Shown here: positions 1 to 7,116 of the stretch, one piece after another | How the letters are laid out: each line of letters opens with the position of its first letter | How positions within the stretch are numbered: position 1 is the stretch's first letter | IMG/VR virus record: IMGVR_UViG_2671180710_000027 | DNA length: 11,178 nt | Origin: a virus | Taxonomy: Duplodnaviria; Heunggongvirae; Uroviricota; Caudoviricetes | Strand: one strand, 5' to 3' | The notes under the pieces: model-generated | Database searches by the model: none | What the model was told of the DNA's origin: nothing | Seen by the model: only the letters and a program-made list of their open reading frames with translations | Made by a program: the position numbers and the translations under genes

Positions 1-603
1 CTATTTCTTCTCTGTAATTTTTACACTGTTTTCCAACTGCTTGATGCTGACCTGCGGGGTCGGCAACTCCTCAGGCATGGTTCCGCCAAGTTCCTGAATG
101 GTTTGCCTCACCTTGCTACCCACGTCAAAGTGTGTGGTATTAGCTTGCTGTGCTGCCTCAACCAATTGTTTGTTATGTTCTTTCAACTCATTTCTCAGAA
201 ACAGACGCTTTTCGTCTTCACGAAGTTGCTTAAATGCTTCATCGTCAGCAAGCTCCTGCCGTCGGGTCTGGATAGCAAAATAAGTCTGCCCTGCCGCAAT
301 GACCGGTTTCGCGGGGTCGCCGTTTTGTACTACCAGGTAACAGGCATAGCGGGAGAGTACGATGTCTTTTAATGCTCTTTTGGCATTTGAGCCAATTTTG
401 ACCATATCGAGGATCTCCTCGAAATGGTCATCAATTGTGTGACCACTGTTCTCACAGGCCTCTTTGGCGCGCGTTAATACAGGTATAAAGTGACGATACA
501 CTGAATAACCCAGTAGTTTCCCAAGTTGTCTTGCTGACCATTGTTCTGCTCCGTTTGCATTAATCAGTTTTATCTCTTCAAAAGGTTGATGATGTTCGTT
601 CAT
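1..603 (-). CDS. dinD: DNA damage-inducible protein D (DinD)
   Basis: ORF-track protein (MNEHHQPFEEIKLINANGAEQW...) recognised from memory as DinD. Complete, with TAG stop at 1-3. Preferred start is the ATG at 601-603 (GGAG about 8 nt upstream) rather than the in-frame ATG at 613-615. A canonical LexA box lies about 45 bp upstream. Confidence 0.8.
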   Translation of the reverse strand: MNEHHQPFEEIKLINANGAEQWSARQLGKLLGYSVYRHFIPVLTRAKEACENSGHTIDDHFEEILDMVKIGSNAKRALKDIVLSRYACYLVVQNGDPAKPVIAAGQTYFAIQTRRQELADDEAFKQLREDEKRLFLRNELKEHNKQLVEAAQQANTTHFDVGSKVRQTIQELGGTMPEELPTPQVSIKQLENSVKITEKK

Positions 604-646
604 TGCCCACTCCATGTGATATCGATTGCAAAGAAAGTAAATCTGT

Positions 647-666
647 AACTGTATTTATATACAGTT
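647..666 (-). promoter_or_regulatory. LexA (SOS) box in the dinD promoter
   Basis: AACTGTATTTATATACAGTT read directly, which is CTGT-N8-ACAG. Its reverse complement AACTGTATATAAATACAGTT matches the dinD SOS box as I recall it. Confidence 0.75.
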
Positions 667-750
667 GTGAGTATCTCACGTTCTCAGTGTGCTGGGCAAA
701 AAAACATCGCAAAATCTGGAGCAGGCACGCAAAACAGAATTGAAGTTGCG

Positions 751-789
751 GGGAAGAAAAATGCCGCTCTGTTTGAGTGGGCGGCATTT
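751..789 (-). terminator. Candidate intrinsic terminator between element and dinD promoter
   Basis: 9-bp stem AAATGCCGC / GCGGCATTT (759-767 and 781-789) with a 13-nt loop. On the minus strand it is followed by TTTTCTTCCCC. The loop is long, so this is tentative. Confidence 0.3.
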
Positions 790-1016
790 GTGAAGGCTGA
801 AAAGTAAGAATTAGTGTTACGAGTTACTCAATTGAATCTGAATGTTTAGTATGTGCGTTAATTGCTTTTATTATGCGGTTCTTTGGGTTGGGTTAATTTG
901 TATATGTACACGCGTATGTACACATTTTTCGTGAGTGCTCAATAAAACGGGATACGAAAGCCGTTTTTATGTGGCTTTAAAGTGGGTTTAGAAATGGCGC
1001 AATTGTGCTTTTGGCG

Positions 1017-1098
1017 TGCTGGTGGCGGGGGTCGAACCCGCATACATGATCAGCCTGTACAGGCTGGCACCGACTCTACCCGTTGAGCGTACACCAGC
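1017..1098 (-). other. tRNA-like sequence (degenerate; probable attachment-site relic)
   Basis: Minus-strand read gives a perfect 7-bp acceptor stem (GCTGGTG / CACCAGC), a perfect T-arm (GCGGG-TTCGACC-CCCGC) and a D-arm resembling GCTCAGTTGGTAGAGC. The anticodon region is a 5-bp stem with a 6-nt loop inside the palindrome AGCCTGTACAGGCT, spacers are oversized, and no CCA is encoded. Confidence 0.5.
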
Positions 1099-1120
1099 AA
1101 AAAAGCGATGAGGTTGTTGG

Positions 1121-1206
1121 CTGCTGGTGGTGGGGGTCGAACCCACATAAACATATGGCCCGTTAGGGTTTATGCCGCTTTACCGATTAAGAGTACACCA
1201 TACAGC
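1121..1206 (-). other. Second, more degenerate tRNA-like sequence
   Basis: Shares the 24-bp 3' terminus with the first copy (plus strand 1017-1040 versus 1122-1145, one mismatch) and a T-arm GTGGG-TTCGACC-CCCAC. The 5' acceptor strand is disrupted (GCTG-TAT-GGTG) and the middle is AT-rich and diverged. Confidence 0.4.
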
Positions 1207-1280
1207 CAGGCAAAATAGTAATTATGCGTTATGCGCGGGTAAAGTCCGTTTTGTCTGGTAGCACCAGATGAACGGGTATC

Positions 1281-1350
1281 ATTATTTCACCTGATTTCAC
1301 GTGATTTCGCTTAATTTCACAAAAATCACCGTCTTTCACCTTCTTTCACA
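1281..1350. repeat. Seven direct repeats of (A/T)TTTCAC phased at exactly 10 bp
   Basis: TTTCAC-like hexamers start at 1285, 1295, 1305, 1315, 1325, 1334 and 1344. The array lies about 80 bp inside the tRNA-like relics. Confidence 0.7.
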
Positions 1351-1480
1351 AAAAACAAATTATCATTAAAGCGCCTTTCGCTCTCTGATGCGTTTTGGTG
1401 TTTTGTGGTGTCTGTGATGCCCTGAAAGGGGATTTTTGCGATAGCGGCGCAAATATAACGGTTGCTGCTGGTATCTGTGG

Positions 1481-1888
1481 TTAGTCTTGCGTGATTTTAT
1501 TGGCGTGCTTCTTTCTAAGCCGCCGAATGATATCGTAAATATGGGTCTCGGATATCGCGTACTCTTTACGTAATGCCTGCAATTTTTCGCCGTTATCCCA
1601 CCTGTAGTAAATCTCGTATTCGCGCAATGCTGCGAAAAGTGATCTGCCTGTTGGAAGGTAAAGACTCCGCCCACCAGCATAGAAGGCGATTGCAGCAACA
1701 ACCCGCTTTGCGATTCTGAAAGCGTCTGCCTCCTCCATGCCATTACGGGTAAGTTCTGCCACTGAATGCGACACGATATCAGCAAGCGAATCACACCATG
1801 CATCACCTGGTTTATCTCCGCCGTCTATGTCATTCATGAATTTAAGCCGCTCGATGTCTTTTGGTACGTGATGGGTTTGCTCGTTCAT
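1481..1888 (-). CDS. Mor-family transcriptional activator
   Basis: 135-aa ORF. The C-terminal half (YLPTGRSLFAALREYEIYYRWDNGEKLQALRKEYAISETHIYDIIRRLRK) parallels phage Mu Mor (YIPRGQALDSLIRDLRIWNDFNGRNVSELTTRYGVTFNTVYKAIRRMRR, recalled). AAGAGG lies 7 nt upstream of the ATG at 1886-1888. Confidence 0.8.
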   Translation of the reverse strand: MNEQTHHVPKDIERLKFMNDIDGGDKPGDAWCDSLADIVSHSVAELTRNGMEEADAFRIAKRVVAAIAFYAGGRSLYLPTGRSLFAALREYEIYYRWDNGEKLQALRKEYAISETHIYDIIRRLRKKHANKITQD

Positions 1889-1977
1889 CCGGTAGCCTCT
1901 TGTGTTGGTGTATCTGGTCCTACCAGTTTAATTTAACGTCGCGATAAAACGATATACACGCACACATATCAGAAAGG

Positions 1978-2274
1978 CTAACCGACTGTTCCGGCTCTGT
2001 GCTTATTTCTGGTAGCTACGCCAGATTTTTTACATCTCCCTCCTATCCCCATTTCTGCGTAAGTGCGGTTTACTGCTTTCCTCAGGTCTGCGTAGTTCTC
2101 CTCTGGCGGCTCCGGTGGCCTCTGTGCCTTCCCGTAACACTCTGCCCTGCGCATTGCCACCCGTTCGCGTTCCCTGTCAGTCTCCACCAGCATCATCACT
2201 TCGGCCCATCGCGCCGCCGCTCTCCGGTAAAAGCCTTTCGACTCCAGTTCTTCCGCTATGCGGTCATGTACCAT
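1978..2274 (-). CDS. PerC-family transcriptional regulator (PerC/Pch-like)
   Basis: 98-aa ORF beginning MVHDRIAEELESKGFYRRAAARWAEVMMLV, recalled as the PerC family N-terminal signature. GAGGGGG lies 6 nt upstream of the ATG at 2272-2274. Confidence 0.65.
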   Translation of the reverse strand: MVHDRIAEELESKGFYRRAAARWAEVMMLVETDRERERVAMRRAECYGKAQRPPEPPEENYADLRKAVNRTYAEMGIGGRCKKSGVATRNKHRAGTVG

Positions 2275-2285
2275 CGTTCACCCCC

Positions 2286-2540
2286 TCAGAACGGAATATT
2301 GTCACCGCAGGGGTCATAACTTCCCGCTGGTGGCTGATTGCTCTGTGTGCCTGTGGTACTGCGTCTGCTCCCGCCTGGACGCGTCGCCCGTGCACTGATT
2401 ATGCTGTCCGCTATGACCTGATAACCCTGCCGCGTTTCCCCGTTCTGTCCGGTCCACTGGCTTACCTGCATCGTGCCGGATACGCTGATTACGTTGCCTT
2501 TCTCATATCCTGCCAGTCGGTCGGCCTGTCTGAAAAACAC
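2286..2540 (-). pseudogene. 5'-truncated single-stranded DNA-binding protein (ssb remnant retaining C-terminal tail)
   Basis: The 84-aa ORF aligns to the C-terminal half of SSB (SQWTGQNGETRQGYQV against RKWTDQSGQDRYTTEV) and ends ...GDNIPF, like the SSB DDDIPF tip. The frame opens with GTG at 2538-2540 directly after an in-frame stop at 2547-2549. No SSB N-terminal OB-fold sequence was found in any frame upstream. Confidence 0.6.
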
Positions 2541-2865
2541 GCTTTCTTAAACAATGCCTAAAAGCCGATTTTATGGTGCTTTGAAACGGTTTTTAAAATG
2601 GCGCTCGTGGTGTACTCTCTGGCATTCAATGGCGCTCTGTGATGTGGCTGGTGGTATGTGGCCGCCATGCATAATGGGGCTGATTTTGTTCATGGCCCGG
2701 CAATGGGTGAGCATTTTTTACCATATTCAGGGTAACAATGGGCGAAAAAGTTCATTTCTGGCATGGCCTGAAATTCCATGCAGCCCGCGCCGCGTGTGCT
2801 CTTGCCGGGGAAAACGTCGCGGAATAATGACCGCACCCCACCTTATGGCGGTGCAGTCCCACGAA

Positions 2866-2934
2866 ATCCCGGTTATTTCCGTTTATTCCCGGATTAATCC
2901 CGCCTTTTCCCGCATTCTCCCGGCTGTTCCCGGA
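2866..2934. repeat. Seven direct repeats of TCCCG(G/C) phased at 10-11 bp
   Basis: TCCCG-type units at 2867, 2877 (degenerate TTCCG), 2887, 2898, 2908, 2918 and 2928, in a non-coding gap. Confidence 0.7.
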
Positions 2935-2956
2935 ATTAATCGCCGGGGTGTGGTGG

Positions 2957-3247
2957 TTATCTGGTGTGGTCGTAGTTCTGCCGTAGTCGTTCACCCTCAG
3001 CGCAATGACGCGGTTTTTTAACGCCGCTGGTAGCACAATGCGGGCAGGTCATGACGTGGCTGATATACGCATCACGGGCAGCCAGCCACGCCGCAGACGG
3101 GGCGCACATATCCGCCAGCGTCTGGCCGTTGCTGGTGGTGTTGTCTTCCGGCCATGTTTCGGACTGGTGCGCTTCCTGTAAATCCGGTGCAGGTAATGCC
3201 CGGATAAACTCACACAATGCATCCGGCAGGCTGAATAACTTATGCAT
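2957..3247 (-). CDS. Hypothetical small protein with Cys/His cluster (possible mosaic ORF)
   Basis: 96-aa ORF with ATG at 3245-3247 and no clear ribosome-binding site. Contains CPHC...HC. It carries an in-frame 34-bp segment (3101-3134) nearly identical to part of the helicase gene (4481-4514). Confidence 0.35.
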   Translation of the reverse strand: MHKLFSLPDALCEFIRALPAPDLQEAHQSETWPEDNTTSNGQTLADMCAPSAAWLAARDAYISHVMTCPHCATSGVKKPRHCAEGERLRQNYDHTR

Positions 3248-3670
3248 AAATCTGATGTTCTGAATCGCTGAAAACGTGCGTTTTATGGTGTTTTTTCGTG
3301 ATTTCTGCGTGTTCTGATGTGCTCATTTCGCTGTATCCCTTGTGTGGCGCGGGCTGCGCGTGTGTTTCGGTGTTCTTTTTTGCCGCCAGAAAACGGTAAT
3401 CAGGCATATAAACACGGCTGTAAGCCGCGCCGCGTCTGGCTTCGCGTGATTTTGTGCGCTAAAAAGTGCATTTTTGCCCTTAAAAAGCGTTATTCGTGAT
3501 TCACTGGTAAATGCTCCACATGCCGCGCCATTGCTGGGCTTTTCGCTATTCTGTGTGGTTTTGCTGTTTAACCCGTTTTGCACACTGAAATTGCCTTGCA
3601 TCCAGCGCCACGTAAGGGATTTCCGGGTTTTTATGGTGCGTTTTTTGCCGTGCGTAATATTGTGCAAGTT

Positions 3671-3913
3671 GGTGGGACTGGTGGGAACTGTGGGAACCGC
3701 CTAGAACCACGCGGCTTTCAGTGGTTCCCACCAGTTCCCACGGTGGCTTTTTGTGGGAACCGTGGCGGTTATTTTTTGTTCTCTGTGGTTCCCACCAGTT
3801 CCCGCAGAGTTCCCACTCAAAAACGAACAATAATCATACTGGTGATTTTATTATTTACTGATTTATATATGTTTTATTTTTACGGTTCCCACAGTTCCCA
3901 CCAGTCCCACCAC
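3671..3913. repeat. Iteron cluster with AT-rich core: candidate origin of replication (P4 ori/crr-like)
   Basis: About 11 copies of the octamer GTGGGAAC / GTTCCCAC in both orientations (3671-3698, 3724-3741, 3752-3761, 3789-3816, 3885-3910). They flank an AT-rich stretch at 3817-3884 and lie immediately downstream of the helicase gene. Confidence 0.65.
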
Positions 3914-3946
3914 TTTTTCAGTTTTTAAAAACGCAATTTTTGTTAA

Positions 3947-5785
3947 TTATTCATCAATTGCGAATAACAATGCATTCTGGTCGATGGCGTAAACGCGGTG
4001 TTTTTCCCCGTTAACGGAAACGCGTTTTGTGTATCGGCGTTTCCCGTCCGTGTCGCGGTCAACAATCGCGCCAGCATCATCAAGACTGGCCGCTATGCGT
4101 TTCAGGTCGTAGCCGCTGGCCGCCTCACATAGTGCTTCCGGTAAAAACCAGTAAACCCGGTCGCCGTTGCTCCCCGGTCGCCACCATCCGGCGCGGTTGC
4201 TTACTGGTTCGCTGTATGTGTTGCCCCCTTCAAAGCGTGAGGCATGGCGGGCGATAAACCCGGCGACGGCCCGGAGTATTTTCACGTCCTCCGATTGCCC
4301 CCGGCCACGATAGTCCGACCACGCAGCAAACATCGCTTTCACCGCCTCCAGTGCTTCGCCCTGTTTCCACGGCAGAATCCCGGCAGTTATCGCCATTTCA
4401 CCGGCCAGTGCGCACAGTGTGAAACGCGCGGCGGCGCGCGCCTCCTGCCCGGTGCTTACGGGGAATTGTTCGCGCAGTATGGCGTACATATCCGCCAGCG
4501 TCTGGCCGTTGCTGTCGGTGCTGGTGGTGTCACTTTCATTGCGGGAAATCAGCCAGCGCACAAACTCCGGCCCGGCGTGGCCGTAATGGGTGGCCGCATT
4601 ACCGCGCAGCGTTTCGGCAAATTTCCGGCCTGCTCCACGGCGTTCTGTGTCGTTGTCGGGGTTGTGGGGTAGTGCCATTCCGTGGAGGCAGTCAAACGCC
4701 CCGTAAAGCCGCTGTGCCGGAATATCCAGTAACCGCATTTCCTGCCCGGCCTTGATGCGCTGACCACCGCTTTCCATGTGTTTACCCACGGTCATTTCCC
4801 CTGTGGAAATAATCATGGTGCGCCATGTGTTGACCGGGCGGGCCATGCCGGACACCTTGCCACGCTGGCGGCCTGTTCCGTTGCCAAGCTGATAAATCAG
4901 CCCGCCAATATCTCTGGCCGGGGCTTCGCCAATTTCATCCAGTATCAGCGCGGTATCGTTCCGCATGGTCGCCAGCCCTTCAAGCCCGGTGCTGGTGGCG
5001 TTCCAGTTGCGTTTAAAGTTGCGGGGTTCTCCCCATACGCTACAGGCCACCAGCGCCCCCACGCTTTTCCCGCTGGAACTGTCGCCCATGAAATGAAATC
5101 CGCCGCTGTCCACATCAAGCAGCCACAGCAACGGCCCGGCGAGTGATGCACACACTGCCAGCATGGCTACCGGGTTTCCCCGGCATAATGCGGCCACGTT
5201 GTCGCGCCAGCCCTCCGGCGTTCCTGCGGTGGCGTACTCCTGTGAGCCTGCTTCTGTTGACTGAAACACCACATCACCATCACCGATAACCCCGCCCGGC
5301 ATGACAAACAGGGTCGGGGAGTGCCACCCGGTGGCCGTAGCCGCGAGCGCCCGTCGTTTTGGTGCTGACTCCATGATGTATTCGGTCAGTGCCTGCCGTT
5401 GTTTGTAGGGAATGGTAACGCCCATGCGCAGCAGCTCCTGTCGGAGTTCTCCGCCGTCTCCGGCGAGCATTTCCATCGGTGCGGCCCATTCCCGCCACTG
5501 GCCTGACGGCGTGAGAAAACGGAGTAATCGCCCGTAGTTTTCGTCTTTGCTGTCGCTGGTCATGGCGATAACCTCCAGCGGGGAACAGATAAACGTGTCC
5601 GTGTTGGTTGAGTCGCGCACGCCGTGCCAGTAAAGGCCGGGTTTCAGTATCTGGCCGCCGTCCACCTGTACATGCTGCGAATAAGTGGCGTAGCCCGGAC
5701 GTGCCGGGCTGACTTTGGGGTGTTTCTTGCGTGGTGGTTTTCGCTTCCCGGATGTGACCGGGGTTTTAGTGGTTGTCCGGGTCAT
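3947..5785 (-). CDS. Replicative helicase, SF3/P-loop NTPase (P4 alpha C-terminal-like, DUF927-type)
   Basis: 612-aa ORF with Walker A GDSSSGKS and Walker B LILDEIG. Its ATG at 5783-5785 overlaps the primase 3' end by 20 bp. Confidence 0.85.
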   Translation of the reverse strand: MTRTTTKTPVTSGKRKPPRKKHPKVSPARPGYATYSQHVQVDGGQILKPGLYWHGVRDSTNTDTFICSPLEVIAMTSDSKDENYGRLLRFLTPSGQWREWAAPMEMLAGDGGELRQELLRMGVTIPYKQRQALTEYIMESAPKRRALAATATGWHSPTLFVMPGGVIGDGDVVFQSTEAGSQEYATAGTPEGWRDNVAALCRGNPVAMLAVCASLAGPLLWLLDVDSGGFHFMGDSSSGKSVGALVACSVWGEPRNFKRNWNATSTGLEGLATMRNDTALILDEIGEAPARDIGGLIYQLGNGTGRQRGKVSGMARPVNTWRTMIISTGEMTVGKHMESGGQRIKAGQEMRLLDIPAQRLYGAFDCLHGMALPHNPDNDTERRGAGRKFAETLRGNAATHYGHAGPEFVRWLISRNESDTTSTDSNGQTLADMYAILREQFPVSTGQEARAAARFTLCALAGEMAITAGILPWKQGEALEAVKAMFAAWSDYRGRGQSEDVKILRAVAGFIARHASRFEGGNTYSEPVSNRAGWWRPGSNGDRVYWFLPEALCEAASGYDLKRIAASLDDAGAIVDRDTDGKRRYTKRVSVNGEKHRVYAIDQNALLFAIDE

Positions 5786-6809
5786 GCTCCATTTCCCATA
5801 GCATCAAATCGTTAAAGTCGGAAAGGTCTGGTGATGCACCGGGCGGCCATTCCGGGAATGTGACGTAACATCCGGCCAGCAATGCGGCTTCGTTGGCTGC
5901 TCTGGAACCGGGGTTGCCTTTTGATGCCCGGTCATCATCCCCGGCGATAACGAGAGATATGCGCGAGCCGTATCGTTCACGCAGCGCCATAGCCACATGT
6001 TTAAGGTTTCCCGCATTCATGGCACACACCACGGCCATGACGTTCCAGTACTGGAGAAGGGCGGCCCCGGTGGCCCACCCCTCACACACGTAAACGTCAT
6101 GTTCCGGCGCTTCCGGGGCCATCAGGTCAAAGCTCCCCATAACATGGAAAGCCCCCTGCACCTGACCATCACGGAGAAACATTTTTCGACCGTCCGGGCT
6201 GATAATCTGCACGTTCACCACTTCGCCGCATACGTTGTACAGCGGGACAAGCAAATCATTACCCGACTGATACAGATTGCCGGGCTGTAGCCGTTTTTTC
6301 ATGAGATAGGGATGAGAAGGGGTTGCCACCTCCGCCCGGCCAAGCAACTCAAAGGCCCGGCAGGCGGTCAGTTTCTGGCGCTGGTGGCGTTGTTGCTGCT
6401 CCCGCTGGCGGAGTCTGCCCGCCTCCTGTTCTGCGGCCTGTACCCGCACCCGTTGCGCCTCCCGTTGTTCGCGGGTCATTACATCAGGTTTGCCCAGTGC
6501 GGGCAGGCACAGCCCCAGCCTGTCCGCCACAATACGGGCGGCATCAGTCTGACGCACATTCCACAAATAAGCCCCCAGCGCCACAAGGTCGCCGCCGCTG
6601 TCCCCGGTGGCGAAGTCGTGCCAGCATCCGTCCACCAGCGAGACGAAAAAACTGCCCGCGTGACGGTCTGCACGTGTGGGGTTACGGCACACCCATTCAG
6701 TGGCCTGCCGTTTACCTTCGGGCAGCCATTCAGGAACAAGGATTTCCGCATGTTGTGCCGCCACTGCGGCAACGCTGCGGATTGCGTTAATCGTGGCTAT
6801 GTCACGCAT
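5766..6809 (-). CDS. TOPRIM-domain DNA primase (P4 alpha N-terminal-like)
   Basis: TOPRIM motifs VYVCEGWATG and LVIAGDDD. Preferred start is the ATG at 6807-6809 (GGGAGGG upstream, MRDIATINAIR...), not the TTG at 6885-6887 used by the ORF track. Confidence 0.85.
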   Translation of the reverse strand: MRDIATINAIRSVAAVAAQHAEILVPEWLPEGKRQATEWVCRNPTRADRHAGSFFVSLVDGCWHDFATGDSGGDLVALGAYLWNVRQTDAARIVADRLGLCLPALGKPDVMTREQREAQRVRVQAAEQEAGRLRQREQQQRHQRQKLTACRAFELLGRAEVATPSHPYLMKKRLQPGNLYQSGNDLLVPLYNVCGEVVNVQIISPDGRKMFLRDGQVQGAFHVMGSFDLMAPEAPEHDVYVCEGWATGAALLQYWNVMAVVCAMNAGNLKHVAMALRERYGSRISLVIAGDDDRASKGNPGSRAANEAALLAGCYVTFPEWPPGASPDLSDFNDLMLWEMEHDPDNH

Positions 6810-7116
6810 GTTGCCCGCCCTCCCTGATTTCCCCGGTGCGGCAGCGCCAGTTATACGCCTCCACAACCTCACTGAATCCGGCCACAAGTTCAGCCGTAAC
6901 AGCGATGGAATCGCCCAGGCTGCGTAGTTCGCCCATGCTGGGGTCGAGATTGTCGCCCATGCCGGAAAGCAGGCGGCCTGTGCTAATCAGCCCTTCAAGC
7001 AGTTTGCGGGCGCAGTAATCCGCATCATCAAACAGGGCGCGGGCTTCCTGTGCGTCTGCGTTTTTGATGGCCGCAACCAGTAGTTCAGGTATCCGGGTGT
7101 TATACATATCACACAT
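6802..7116 (-). CDS. Hypothetical acidic protein (104 aa)
   Basis: ATG at 7114-7116 overlaps the upstream stop in an ATGTGTGA junction, and its own stop overlaps the primase start in ATGCGTGA. No motif recognised. Confidence 0.55.
   Translation of the reverse strand: MCDMYNTRIPELLVAAIKNADAQEARALFDDADYCARKLLEGLISTGRLLSGMGDNLDPSMGELRSLGDSIAVTAELVAGFSEVVEAYNWRCRTGEIREGGQHA

Noticed and set aside
930-975. Plus-strand terminator AAAACGG...CCGTTTTTAT
   Set aside because: The stem has only about four strong pairs and no plus-strand gene lies upstream.
1017-1206. Functional tRNA genes
   Set aside because: There is no canonical 7-nt anticodon loop, the spacers between arms are oversized, no CCA is encoded and the second copy has a broken acceptor stem. 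I could not run tRNAscan-SE to confirm.
1281-1350. CRISPR array
   Set aside because: The repeat units are only 6-8 bp with 10-bp periodicity and no spacer-sized unique segments; the same applies to 2866-2934.
1366-1806. 146-aa minus-strand ORF overlapping the Mor-like gene
   Set aside because: It is an alternative frame of the Mor-like gene and its terminator-side spacer, with no motif.
2554-3036. ORFs 2554-3021 (+) and 2752-3036 (-) as genes
   Set aside because: Trp/Cys/Arg-rich translations with no recognisable start context, lying across the repeat arrays. A weak resemblance of one N-terminus to the SSB start (NRVIALRVNDYG) does not continue.
3323-3928. ORFs in the origin region (3323-3667, 3546-3830, 3578-3928)
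   Set aside because: The open frames are created by the iterons and the GC-rich spacer; the translations are repetitive (WEPQ, GTGGN).
4244-4672. Plus-strand ORFs antisense to the helicase and primase genes (4244-4672, 4778-5146, 5997-6290, 6312-6827, 6323-6790)
   Set aside because: They are fully nested opposite long minus-strand genes with clear motifs, and their products are Pro/Gly/Arg-rich and low-complexity, as expected for shadow frames in GC-rich DNA.
5766-6887. Longer starts for primase (TTG at 6885-6887) and dinD (ATG at 613-615)
   Set aside because: Internal ATGs at 6807-6809 and 601-603 have better ribosome-binding sites and give N-termini that look like the families; the longer forms remain possible.
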